From Candidatus Nanopelagicales bacterium (GTDB lineage Bacteria; Actinomycetota; Actinomycetes; JAHEKZ01): 52,769 nucleotides of DNA. The translations under genes and the position numbers were made by a program. Of the stretch, positions 9,707 to 18,427 are shown in pieces. Every line of letters starts with the position of its first letter. Position 1 is the stretch's first letter. Under the pieces are notes generated by a model, which saw only the letters and a program-made list of their open reading frames with translations, had not been told where the DNA came from and did not search any database. The stretch covers positions 1 to 52,769 of the forward strand of contig JBBQAL010000004.1 in NCBI GenBank assembly GCA_038316135.1, given 5' to 3'.

Positions 9707-10234
9707 TCAGTGTGGGCCGGGGTGGTCGAACGGCATCAGAACGCGACGCAGCAGGGAGGCGAGCAAATCGGCGTCTTCACCCCCGAGCTCAGCCAGGATG
9801 TTCCGCTCATGGGCCAGGAGGTCGATCAGGGCGGCGTCGACCTTGGCGGCGCCTGCGTCGGTGAGCTGCACCATCACGCTGCGTCGGTCGTCCAGCGATG
9901 GATGGCGCTCCACCAGTCCGCGCGCCGCGAGCCGGTCGATCCGATTGGTCATGGTGCCGGATGTGACGAGCGTCTGCTGAAGCAGCCGGCCAGGGGCGAG
10001 GCGGTACGGCTCACCTGATCGGCGAAGGGCCGCGAGAACATCAAACTCCCAGCCCTCCAGGCCGTGGCGGCTGAAGGCCTGGCCCCTGGCCCTGTCTAGG
10101 TGACGGGCTAGGCGCGTAACCCGGCTCAGCACCTCGAGCGGTGCGACATCCAGATCGGGGCGTTCGCGACGCCATGCGGCAACAAGGTCGTCGACCTCAT
10201 CGCCCCCAGTTGGGGCGGTCTCACCTTGGGTCAC
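9707..10234 (-). CDS. MarR family regulator, urate-responsive (TamR/PecS/HucR-like) subfamily
   Basis: N-terminal helix DLVAAWRRERPDLD, then EFDVLAALRRSG, SGTMTNRIDRL and DDRRSVMVQLT. GTG 10234 overlaps the upstream stop. Confidence 0.85.
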   Translation of the reverse strand: MTQGETAPTGGDEVDDLVAAWRRERPDLDVAPLEVLSRVTRLARHLDRARGQAFSRHGLEGWEFDVLAALRRSGEPYRLAPGRLLQQTLVTSGTMTNRIDRLAARGLVERHPSLDDRRSVMVQLTDAGAAKVDAALIDLLAHERNILAELGGEDADLLASLLRRVLMPFDHPGPH

Positions 10235-10785
10235 GAGTTCGGATCGATCCCAAACCAGCTGCCAACCTCGTTCTTCATGCACTGGTCGTACTGGGCCTGG
10301 GTAGTCGAGTTGAGCTGACAGACCTTGTCGGCATCGTCACTTTTCGAAATCAGCAAGAGGAAGCCGATGCTCACAATGATCCCCACGATCAAAGCAAGAA
10401 TGCTGATGATCGTGCCAGCGATTGCAAGCCCTGCCGGGCGGCCAGCCTTCTTCGCCGCAACCCAGGCAATGATCCCGAGGATCAGGGCAATGACGGCCAC
10501 GCCAACATCGACGAACGGGAACCAGAACAACACAAGTGCGACGATCGAGACGATGAAGGCAATGATGGACAGTGCCCCGGCTCCTTGTTTGGGAGCTTGG
10601 CCCCCTGGGTAGCCGGCGGCCGGATAGGTCGGGGCCGGGTAGCCAGCTGGTGGAGGCGGTGGGTACCCGCCGGGGGGTGGGGGGACCGATGGCGGAGGGA
10701 CTGGAGGGACACCGGCAGGTGGTGGTGGTGGAAATCCTCCAGCAGGAGGAACGGCGTACGGGTCTTGGGGAGTCTGATCGCTCAT
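10231..10785 (-). CDS. Proline-rich membrane protein, DUF4190-like
   Basis: PPPPAG/PPPPGGY-rich N-terminus, then ALSIIAFIVSIV...LILGIIAW...GLAIAGTIISIL hydrophobic helices and a small C-terminal domain with two Cys. TAGCGT lies 7 nt upstream of ATG 10785. Confidence 0.7.
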   Translation of the reverse strand: MSDQTPQDPYAVPPAGGFPPPPPAGVPPVPPPSVPPPPGGYPPPPPAGYPAPTYPAAGYPGGQAPKQGAGALSIIAFIVSIVALVLFWFPFVDVGVAVIALILGIIAWVAAKKAGRPAGLAIAGTIISILALIVGIIVSIGFLLLISKSDDADKVCQLNSTTQAQYDQCMKNEVGSWFGIDPNS

Positions 10786-10851
10786 GTGGAGCACGCTAGT
10801 GCGTGCAACTGGGCTGGGAAAGCAGCGACATCCGGCGTCGCAGAGCCGGAC

Positions 10852-11484
10852 CTACTCATCGGTGGACAGCTTCGGCTTTGCCTCAAGCCCCCTCAGTCCG
10901 TTCCAACTGAGATTGACCAGGTGTGCGGCGACGTCTGCCTTCTTCGGCTTGCGCACGTCGACCCACCACTGCCCGGTCAGGGCCACCATTCCCACCAACA
11001 TCTGGGAGTACATCGGGGCGAACTTCGCGTCGAGGCCCCTCGCCTTGAACTCAGCAGCGACCAGGTGTTCGACCTGACCGGCGATGTCGACGATCAGGCT
11101 GGCGAACGTTCCCGTCGACTGTGCGACCGGTGAGTCACGCACCAGGATGCGAAAACCGTCGGTGTCCTGCTCGATGTAGGTCAGCAGAGCGAGCGCTGCT
11201 TGCTCCAGCAGCCGCCGAGGATGGTCTTCGGTCAGCGCTCCATCCACCATGCCCAGGAGTTTTTGCATCTCCCGGTCGACGATGACGGCGTAGAGGCCTT
11301 CCTTGCCCCCGAAGTGTTCGTAGACGACCGGTTTGGAGACTCCGGCCTTCGCGGCGATCTCCTCCACCGATGTGGCCTCGAACCCGCGTTCGGCGAACAG
11401 CGAGCGACCGACTTCGAGCAGTTGCTCGCGGCGGGCAGCACTGGTCATCCGGGAGCGTCGCCGCTCCTGGGGTTGTTCGCTCAC
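10852..11484 (-). CDS. TetR family regulator (Rv1019-like)
   Basis: HTH SLFAERGFEATSVEEIAAKAGVSKPVVYEHFGGKEGLYAV; C-terminal DGFRILVRDSP, QWWVDVRKPKK and HLVNLSWNGL as in mycobacterial Rv1019. GTGA overlap with the desaturase stop. Confidence 0.9.
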   Translation of the reverse strand: MSEQPQERRRSRMTSAARREQLLEVGRSLFAERGFEATSVEEIAAKAGVSKPVVYEHFGGKEGLYAVIVDREMQKLLGMVDGALTEDHPRRLLEQAALALLTYIEQDTDGFRILVRDSPVAQSTGTFASLIVDIAGQVEHLVAAEFKARGLDAKFAPMYSQMLVGMVALTGQWWVDVRKPKKADVAAHLVNLSWNGLRGLEAKPKLSTDE

Positions 11485-12428
11485 GACGCCCGGCGGGCGT
11501 CGATCCGGTCAGCCTTGGGCCAGCGCACATCCCACGCCCAGCCGGCCTTTTCCATCCAGGCGATGAGCCGGGCGCTGATGTCGATCTGGCCTTTCTCGAC
11601 GCCATGCCTGGCGCACGTCGGGTCGGCGTGGTGCAGGTTGTGCCAGCTCTCCCCGAACGAGGGGATCGCTAACCACCACACGTTGCCGGAGCGGTCACGT
11701 GACTTGAACGGTTGGTTGCCCATCACGTGGCAGATCGAGTTGATCGACCAGGTGATGTGGTGCACCAAGGCGATGCGCACGAAGCCACCCCAGAAGAGAC
11801 CGGTGAGGAATCCCCACCACGACCAGGTCAGGAGCGCGCCGAGCACCGCAGGCAGGAAGACTGACGCGACGACGATCCATCCGAAGTTGTTCGACACCCG
11901 GCGCATGGCTGGGTCATCCATGAGGTCGGGTGCGTATTTGCGTCGTGAGGTCTGTTCGACGTCGAAGAACCAACCCATGTGTGCGAAGAAGAGTCCCTTG
12001 AGCAATGCGGGAAGTGACTCGCCGAACCGCCACGGTGAGTGAGGGTCCCCGTCCTTGTCGCTGAAGGCGTGGTGCTTGCGGTGGTCGGCGACCCAACGGT
12101 CGAGGGGGCCCTCGATGGCCAGGCTGCCGGCCACGGCCATCATGACGCGCACCCACGGTTTGGCTTTGAAGGCGCCATGGGTGAAGTAACGGTGGAAGCC
12201 AACAGTGATACCGGCCGCGCTGATCGAGTAGAAGATGACGAGGAGAGCGATGTCGACCGGCCCGACGAACCCGCCCCATGCCAGGGGGATGGCCAGCACG
12301 ACGGCCAGAAGCGGAACGATGATGAAGTAGTAGAGCCAGAACCGGTGAACCGCGTTCTGGCTCTCCGGTGCATCGATCGCTGAAGGGTCGGGCGGTGGGT
12401 TGTGAAGGTCGGCAAGCTCAGCTGTCAC
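11481..12428 (-). CDS. Membrane fatty acyl-CoA delta-9 desaturase
   Basis: His boxes GFHRYFTH, DHRKHHAFSD and ESWHNLHHAD; TM helices; RBS AAGGAG upstream. Confidence 0.93.
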   Translation of the reverse strand: MTAELADLHNPPPDPSAIDAPESQNAVHRFWLYYFIIVPLLAVVLAIPLAWGGFVGPVDIALLVIFYSISAAGITVGFHRYFTHGAFKAKPWVRVMMAVAGSLAIEGPLDRWVADHRKHHAFSDKDGDPHSPWRFGESLPALLKGLFFAHMGWFFDVEQTSRRKYAPDLMDDPAMRRVSNNFGWIVVASVFLPAVLGALLTWSWWGFLTGLFWGGFVRIALVHHITWSINSICHVMGNQPFKSRDRSGNVWWLAIPSFGESWHNLHHADPTCARHGVEKGQIDISARLIAWMEKAGWAWDVRWPKADRIDARRAS

Positions 12429-12441
12429 AAGGTCTCCTTTT

Positions 12442-12478
12442 CAAGTTACGCCACCGTAACCTACGGTTCCGTAACTTG
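12442..12478. promoter_or_regulatory. Tandem palindromic operator array (TACG-N4-CGTA x2) upstream of the desaturase-tetR operon
   Basis: CAAGTTACG-CCAC-CGTAAC-CTACG-GTTC-CGTAACTTG: a perfect 9-bp outer inverted repeat containing two TACG-N4-CGTA units at a 15-bp period. Confidence 0.75.
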
Positions 12479-12537
12479 TCCACCGTGGCGCTGTGCCACG
12501 GGTGGTGTTGGCTGGTTAGGCTTGCGCCCGACTCCGT

Positions 12538-12608
12538 TCCCGGGTCGTCTAAGGGCAGGACAACGGGTTTTGGTCCCGTGAATGGGGGTTCGAATCCTCC
12601 CCCGGGAG
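12538..12608 (+). tRNA. trnQ: tRNA-Gln (anticodon TTG)
   Basis: Acceptor TCCCGGG/CCCGGGA, D arm GTC...GAC, anticodon arm ACGGG-TT-TTG-GT-CCCGT, T arm GGGGG-TTCGAAT-CCTCC. Usual position upstream of glmU. Confidence 0.95.
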
Positions 12609-12708
12609 CCCACTCATGCACGGCGGGCTCTTTTCGCCTCTGACTCCTGGGTATCCTGCGCTCGGCTCTACTGCCCGAGCCGCCGTCCCTCGCCAGGAGC
12701 CAGCCGCT

Positions 12709-14235
12709 GTGACCCTGAGCCGCCCGGCCGCCGTGATCGTTCTCGCCGCAGGTGAGGGCACCCGGATGAAGTCGAGCACCGCGAAGGTGCTGCATATGTT
12801 CCTCGGACGGAGCCTGCTCGGGCATGTGCTCACCGCTACTGAGCCGCTGCAAGCAGATCACACGGTTGTCATCGTTGGGCACGACCGGGAAGCCGTCACC
12901 GCCCACCTCTCCGAGATTGAACCGACGGCTGGCGTCGTCGTGCAGGCCGAGCAGAACGGAACTGGTCACGCGGTCCGCATCGCTCTTGACGAGCTGCCCG
13001 ACCTGTCAGGAACAGTCATCGTGGTGTGCGGGGATACACCCCTCCTCACCTCCGACACCCTCGGCAGGCTCGCGGCTCAGCACGATGAACAGGGGTCTTC
13101 GGCTACGGTCTTGACCGCGCGATTGGCCAACCCCACCGGCTACGGACGAATCGTTCGCGGCTCCGACGGCAGCGTCCTGGCCATCGTCGAGCACCGGGAC
13201 GCCGACCCGCAGACACTCCAGATCGACGAGATCAACTCTGGGATCTACGCGTTCGAGGCGGCCGTGCTGCGTTCGGCCCTGAGTCAGGTGTCGACCGACA
13301 ACAGCCAGGGCGAGGAGTACCTGACCGATGTCATTGGAGTCCTGGTGGCGGGTGGCGCACGGGTTGACGCCGTAGTCGTCGATGACGCGCGCGAAGTCAT
13401 GGGTGTCAACGATCGGGTGCAGCTGGCCGAAGCGCGTTCGGTGATGCGTCACCGCATCAACGAGGGGTGGATGCGGGCCGGCGTCAGCATCATCGATCCC
13501 GAAAGCACCATGATCGGGGTTGGCGTCATCCTGGAGGCCGACGCGATCATCCATCCGTGGACGCTGCTGGAAGGAACCACCTCGGTGGCGGCCGGTGCCC
13601 AGGTGGGGCCAGGGTCACAGATCATCGACTCAACGATCGGGCCCGACGCGACCGTGCGGTTCACGACGGCCGACCGCGTCATCATCGGTCCCGGTGCCAG
13701 CGTTGGTCCCTACACGTACCTACGGCCCGGCACCGAGCTCGGTGCCGGTGCCAGGGCTGGTGCCTTCGTCGAGGCCAAGAACGCCCAAGTCGGTGAAGGA
13801 TCGAAGATCCCGCACCTGTCGTACGTCGGCGACGCAGAGATTGGCGTCGGCTCGAACATCGGTGCGGCCACTGTGGTCGTCAACTACGACGGTGTCGCCA
13901 AGCATCGAACGGTCATCGGCGATCATGTGCGGATCGGGAGCGACACGATGCTGGTGGCTCCGGTCACCATCGGCGATGGTGCCTATACCGCTGCAGGGTC
14001 AGTAATCACCGACGATGTTCCCGCCGGTGCCATGGGTGTCGGGCGAGCCAGGCAGCGAACGATTCGAGACTGGGTGCTGCGCAAGCGCAGTGGTTCGGCG
14101 TCGGCGCAAGCCGCCGAGCGGGCTCAGCGGGCCGCTGGAGGCCAGCCCACCGATGACACAGCACCGCCGACAGGAGAGAATGCGGTAGCTGGAACAGGCG
14201 ACGGTGGCGACGAACCGGAAGGCACTGGCTCATGA
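12709..14235 (+). CDS. glmU: Bifunctional UDP-GlcNAc pyrophosphorylase / GlcN-1-P acetyltransferase
   Basis: VLAAGEGTRMKS, QNGTGHA, GYGRIVR, EINSGIY, EEYLTD, hexapeptide repeats, KIPHLSYVGDA. RBS AGGAG before GTG 12709. Confidence 0.97.
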   Translation: MTLSRPAAVIVLAAGEGTRMKSSTAKVLHMFLGRSLLGHVLTATEPLQADHTVVIVGHDREAVTAHLSEIEPTAGVVVQAEQNGTGHAVRIALDELPDLSGTVIVVCGDTPLLTSDTLGRLAAQHDEQGSSATVLTARLANPTGYGRIVRGSDGSVLAIVEHRDADPQTLQIDEINSGIYAFEAAVLRSALSQVSTDNSQGEEYLTDVIGVLVAGGARVDAVVVDDAREVMGVNDRVQLAEARSVMRHRINEGWMRAGVSIIDPESTMIGVGVILEADAIIHPWTLLEGTTSVAAGAQVGPGSQIIDSTIGPDATVRFTTADRVIIGPGASVGPYTYLRPGTELGAGARAGAFVEAKNAQVGEGSKIPHLSYVGDAEIGVGSNIGAATVVVNYDGVAKHRTVIGDHVRIGSDTMLVAPVTIGDGAYTAAGSVITDDVPAGAMGVGRARQRTIRDWVLRKRSGSASAQAAERAQRAAGGQPTDDTAPPTGENAVAGTGDGGDEPEGTGS

Positions 14236-15206
14236 TCGAGTCCACGAACTCAAAGAAGCTCATGCTGTTCTCCGGTCGCGGGCATCCCGAGCTCGCTGAT
14301 CACGTTGCTCGCGAGCTCGACACCGAACTGACGCCAACGTCCCTCTTCGACTTTGCCAACGGTGAGATCTTCGTGCGCTACGAAGAGTCGGTCCGTGGGT
14401 CGGACGCCTTTGTCATCCAGTCGCACACAACACCGGTGAACACCTGGATCATGGAGCAGCTGATCATGGTCGATGCGCTCAAGCGGGCGTCGGCCAAGCG
14501 CATCACGGTCGTGGCTCCGTTCTACGGTTACGGCCGCCAGGACAAGAAGCACCGTGGTCGCGAGCCGATCTCGGCGCGGCTGATGGCCGACCTCTTCAAG
14601 ACGGCCGGTGCCGACCGGCTTATGGCCGTCGATCTGCACACCTCGCAGATCCAGGGGTTCTTCGACGGGCCGGTCGACCACCTCTTCGCACTCGAAACGT
14701 TGGCGCACTATGTTGCCAGCCGGGTCGCCGACCGTTCCAGGATCACCGTGGTCTCACCGGACGCAGGACGCGTCCGAGTCGCCGAGCGCTGGACCGACCG
14801 GCTGGGCAGCCCTCTGGCGATCATCCACAAGCGGCGCGACCCAGACGTCCCGAACGAGGTGAAGGTCTTCGAGGTCGTCGGTGACGTCAAGGGGCGGATC
14901 TGCGTTTTGGTCGACGACATGATCGATACCGGAGGCACGATCGTGAAGGCGGCAGAGACCCTCTTCGACCAAGGCGCATCCGAGGTCATCGTCACCGCTA
15001 CGCACGGGATCTTCAGCGGGCCGGCGATCGACCGGCTGAAGAACAGCCGGGTCTCTGAAGTTGTGGTCACCGACACACTTCCCATCGCCGAGGAAATGCG
15101 CTTCGACAAGTTGACCGTCCTTCCGATCGCCCCCATGTTGGCGCGCGCCATCCGCGAGGTCTTCGACGATGGATCGGTCACCAGCCTTTTCGACGGCAAC
15201 GCCTAG
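14232..15206 (+). CDS. prs: Ribose-phosphate pyrophosphokinase
   Basis: FANGEIFVR, PFYGYGRQDKK, VDLHTSQIQGFF, VSPDAGRV, LVDDMIDTGGT. Confidence 0.98.
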   Translation: MIESTNSKKLMLFSGRGHPELADHVARELDTELTPTSLFDFANGEIFVRYEESVRGSDAFVIQSHTTPVNTWIMEQLIMVDALKRASAKRITVVAPFYGYGRQDKKHRGREPISARLMADLFKTAGADRLMAVDLHTSQIQGFFDGPVDHLFALETLAHYVASRVADRSRITVVSPDAGRVRVAERWTDRLGSPLAIIHKRRDPDVPNEVKVFEVVGDVKGRICVLVDDMIDTGGTIVKAAETLFDQGASEVIVTATHGIFSGPAIDRLKNSRVSEVVVTDTLPIAEEMRFDKLTVLPIAPMLARAIREVFDDGSVTSLFDGNA

Positions 15207-15376
15207 CCCTTTCGGCGCGGGTCGCTGCTCGGCCCACCTTTTCCCCCACTCGGGCTAGTGCCCGTACGGCGTAGTCCGATTTGACCCACCCAGTCGGCTC
15301 AACTCCGAGCCGATGGCGTCAAGGCCTACGCGTTCCTCCCCGATGTGCCGTTAGACGCACAGCAGGGAGCAGCCGA

Positions 15377-16915
15377 ATGACTCGCACCACCCCTCGTCCC
15401 TACACCCGAGTTGCCGGGGTCACTCTCGCGCTCGCCCTCACCGCTGGCCTAGGGGTCGCGGCGATGGTCGTGCCGTCATCTGCTGCGCCGGTCGGGGCGT
15501 CAGACGCCGTGAACCGCACGACGCTGGGCATCAACCTGATCAAGAACTCCGGATTCGCCGACGGTTTCTCGAGCTGGGCGCGGTCCAAGGGCAACGGTGG
15601 AGCTCTGGAGATCTCATCCGGCGGCGTATGGGGCAGCCGGCAGTCGGCTGCGATGCGGACCAAGCAATACCGCACCACGCACCTGCGGGACGAACGGTTG
15701 ACCGCTCCACACTCGGTCCAAGGCGTTGAGTACCAGGCGTCGGCCTGGGTACGGGCAACCGGACGGCCGGTCAAGGGTGTCTTCGAGCTCTACGAGTGGA
15801 AGCAGAACGCGGTCGTCGCGGAACACCGTGAATCCTTCACAGCCCGACGCGACACGTGGCGTCGGGTCACTTTCGTCGCGCGAGCCCAGCAGGACAACAG
15901 CGCTCTTCAGCTGTCGCTAACCGCACACCACATCGGCGACGGCCACGGTCTGAAGGTGGACCGCATCCGCCTGCAGAAGGTGATCGGATCGGTGCCATCG
16001 CCCACTCCGTCCCCGACTTCGAGCCCCACCGTGACAGCGACTCCCACAGCGACGCCGACAGCGACGCCGACCTCCACGGCAACCGCGCCGCCGCCCAGTC
16101 CGACTGGTGACACGCTCTTCGGAGCCAGCGTCTACGAGAACGGGCGCAGCTGGCCTCAGGCAGTTGCCGACTCGAACGCGACCTACGGGGGGATGGAGGT
16201 TGTTCGGGTCTTTTACCCGGGTCTGCCGAGCGCCTGGCCGGGTCGAGCCGGTCAGGTGGGTGGCCCCATCGTCGTGTCGTTCAAGGCCAACCCGGCCGAC
16301 ATCGTCTCCGGAACGCACGATGCCTACCTATCCAACTGGTTCGCGACAGCGCCCAAGGGTCGCGACATCTGGTGGACGTACTGGCACGAGCCGGAGGACG
16401 ACGTCGAGGACGGTTCCTTCACCGCACAGCAGTGGCGCGATGCCTACCGACACATCGCGGGACTCGCCAACGCCGTTAACAATCCGCGGCTCTACAACAC
16501 CGTGATCTTGATGTGCTGGACGGTCAACCCGCGTTCGGGACGCACCTTTGAAGACTACTTCCCCGGTAGCGATGTCGTGGAGGCTTTGGCCTGGGACTGC
16601 TACAGCTTCGCGAGCTCGACCAGCCCTTACGCAAAGCCGGAGGACATCTACGGTCGCGCACTGGCCACGACTCGCAGCCTCGGTCTGCCCTTCGGTATCG
16701 CTGAGACGGGCTCGCTCCTGGTTCCTGGTGACACTGACGGAGCCAAGCGCGCCGAGTGGCTGACCTCGGTCGGGCATTGGCTGCAGGACCACGATGCCGC
16801 ATTCGCCTGTTACTTCGACTCGGTCGTCGGTGGCGAGTTCCGATTGCTTGACCAGGCGTCGCAGCAGGCTTGGCACGATGTCGTGACCGGAGTCGGGGCG
16901 CACAACCCGATCTAA
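15377..16915 (+). CDS. Secreted glycoside hydrolase #1: CBM4/9(CenC)-like domain, Pro/Thr linker, GH26-like (clan GH-A) domain
   Basis: Signal peptide; NLIKNSGF..GFSSW...YQASAWVR...VDRIRL CBM pattern; PSPTPSPT linker; YWHEPEDD (acid/base), AWDCY and FGIAETGS (nucleophile). RBS AGGGAG before ATG 15377. Confidence 0.75.
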   Translation: MTRTTPRPYTRVAGVTLALALTAGLGVAAMVVPSSAAPVGASDAVNRTTLGINLIKNSGFADGFSSWARSKGNGGALEISSGGVWGSRQSAAMRTKQYRTTHLRDERLTAPHSVQGVEYQASAWVRATGRPVKGVFELYEWKQNAVVAEHRESFTARRDTWRRVTFVARAQQDNSALQLSLTAHHIGDGHGLKVDRIRLQKVIGSVPSPTPSPTSSPTVTATPTATPTATPTSTATAPPPSPTGDTLFGASVYENGRSWPQAVADSNATYGGMEVVRVFYPGLPSAWPGRAGQVGGPIVVSFKANPADIVSGTHDAYLSNWFATAPKGRDIWWTYWHEPEDDVEDGSFTAQQWRDAYRHIAGLANAVNNPRLYNTVILMCWTVNPRSGRTFEDYFPGSDVVEALAWDCYSFASSTSPYAKPEDIYGRALATTRSLGLPFGIAETGSLLVPGDTDGAKRAEWLTSVGHWLQDHDAAFACYFDSVVGGEFRLLDQASQQAWHDVVTGVGAHNPI

Positions 16916-16967
16916 AGCGGTCGCTGCCTGCCCGGGTCCTGGTTTTGATGACCTGGGAGCGCCCGGC

Positions 16968-17150
16968 TAGACTTCCGGGAGTCTCGGCGAGGGTGTGCTG
17001 AGCCAGCTACGGGTTCTCTCATCGAAGCCGTAGAAGGCGGGCACCCGTGATCGGCGCGGTGCTGGCACTGTGAGCGCGAGTGCAGCACGGTCTGCACATC
17101 GCCCCCGCCAAGACACCGCCCGCAAACAGTTGCCCGTCAGGAGCCAAGCC
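16968..17150 (+). promoter_or_regulatory. rplY promoter (-10 TAGACT) and long 5' leader
   Basis: TAGACT at 16968-16973, followed by ~170 nt to the RBS (AGGAG) and GTG 17151. Confidence 0.5.
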
Positions 17151-17786
17151 GTGCCAGAGATCGCCATCACCGCTGAGCGTCGTACCGAGTTCGGCAAAGG
17201 CGCAGCCCGCCGCCTTCGCCGCGACAAGAAGATCCCCGTCGTCGTCTATGGCCACGGGGAGGCCACTCAGCACTTGGCGCTTCCAGCGCATGAGTTGATG
17301 CTCGCCCTCAAGCAGTCCAACGCGCTGCTTTCCCTGCAGCTCGACGGCGGATCACAGTTGGTGCTTCCGAAGTCGGTGCAGCGCGATCCCGTGCGTCATG
17401 GCATCGAGCATGTCGACTTGGTCGCTGTTCGCAGCGGCGAGAAGGTGACGGTCGAGGTTGTCGTGCGCATCGACGGCAAGATCGCTCCAGGGGGACTCTT
17501 GGAGCACGTCCACGACACGATTGCCATCGAGGCAGACGCCACCAAGATCCCGTCCGAGCTCTCTGTTGTGGTTGAAGGCCTCGAGGTTGGTAGCAGCGTG
17601 CGCGCGTCCGACGTCGCGCTCCCCGAGGGTGTCGTGCTCGTCGCCGATGCTGATCTGGTCTTGCTTCACATCCTCGGTGCCCAGTCAGCGGCCGCAGAAG
17701 CCGATGAGGCAGCGGACCTGGCGGCAGCGGCAGCAGCCTCTGAGGCATCGGCCGCAGCTGCGGCGCCGGCGGAGGACGCAATCTGA
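17151..17786 (+). CDS. rplY: 50S ribosomal protein bL25 / general stress protein Ctc
   Basis: RTEFGKGAARRLRR..KIPVVVYGHG, QRDPVRHGIEHVD, Ala-rich tail; between prs and pth. Confidence 0.96.
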   Translation: MPEIAITAERRTEFGKGAARRLRRDKKIPVVVYGHGEATQHLALPAHELMLALKQSNALLSLQLDGGSQLVLPKSVQRDPVRHGIEHVDLVAVRSGEKVTVEVVVRIDGKIAPGGLLEHVHDTIAIEADATKIPSELSVVVEGLEVGSSVRASDVALPEGVVLVADADLVLLHILGAQSAAAEADEAADLAAAAAASEASAAAAAPAEDAI

Positions 17787-18388
17787 TCGGCCGCAGGCCC
17801 GCTGGGGAGGCGGGGCGCGACGACGATCGCCCCTGGATCGTCGTCGGCCTTGGCAACCCAGGGACGGAGTACGAGGGAAACCGCCACAACGTCGGGTTCC
17901 AGGTTGTCGACGCGTTAGCCGGTCCAGGCAGATTCAAGGCCCACCGACGCGCGAAGGCTCTTGTCTGGGAGGGCCGGGTCGACAACCACCGCGTCGTGCT
18001 CATCAAGCCCACCACGTACATGAATGACAGTGGCCAGGCTGTTGCCCCGCTCTGCTCTTTCTACAAAGTGACACCTGACCGTGTCATAGCCGTTCACGAC
18101 GAGCTCGACCTGCCGTTCGGCTCCCTGCGGCTCAAGCTCGGTGGCGGGGACAACGGCCACAACGGGTTGAAGTCGATGCGGCAATCGCTCGGGACTGGCG
18201 ACTTTTTTCGAGCCAGGGTGGGGATCGGCCGCCCACCGGGACGGATGGACGCGGCTGCTTTCGTGCTCCGCGACTTCGCGGCAGCCGAGCGCGTTGCAGT
18301 TCCGGAATTGGTGACCCGGGTAGCTGACGCAGTCACGGCGCTCATGGAACACGGGCTCGACATCGCGCAGTCGCAGTTCAATGACTGA
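17783..18388 (+). CDS. pth: Peptidyl-tRNA hydrolase (start codon non-canonical or uncertain)
   Basis: The frame contains WIVVGLGNPGTEYEGNRHNVGF, KPTTYMNDSG, HDELD, GGDNGHNGLKS and RVGIGRPP. There is no ATG/GTG/TTG between the in-frame TGA at 17741 and the N-terminal motif. CTG 17783 overlapping the rplY stop is the best candidate start. Confidence 0.9.
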   Translation: MIGRRPAGEAGRDDDRPWIVVGLGNPGTEYEGNRHNVGFQVVDALAGPGRFKAHRRAKALVWEGRVDNHRVVLIKPTTYMNDSGQAVAPLCSFYKVTPDRVIAVHDELDLPFGSLRLKLGGGDNGHNGLKSMRQSLGTGDFFRARVGIGRPPGRMDAAAFVLRDFAAAERVAVPELVTRVADAVTALMEHGLDIAQSQFND

Positions 18389-18427
18389 CGCACACAAGCA
18401 CTGACCGATCCAACGAAAGGCTCCGAG

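Noticed and set aside
10141-11133. 330-aa plus-strand ORF
   Set aside because: Antisense to three well-supported minus-strand genes.
16001-16110. Repetitive CCGAC/GCGAC stretch as a CRISPR or VNTR
   Set aside because: It encodes an ordinary Pro/Thr linker between the CBM and catalytic domains; no spacers or cas genes.
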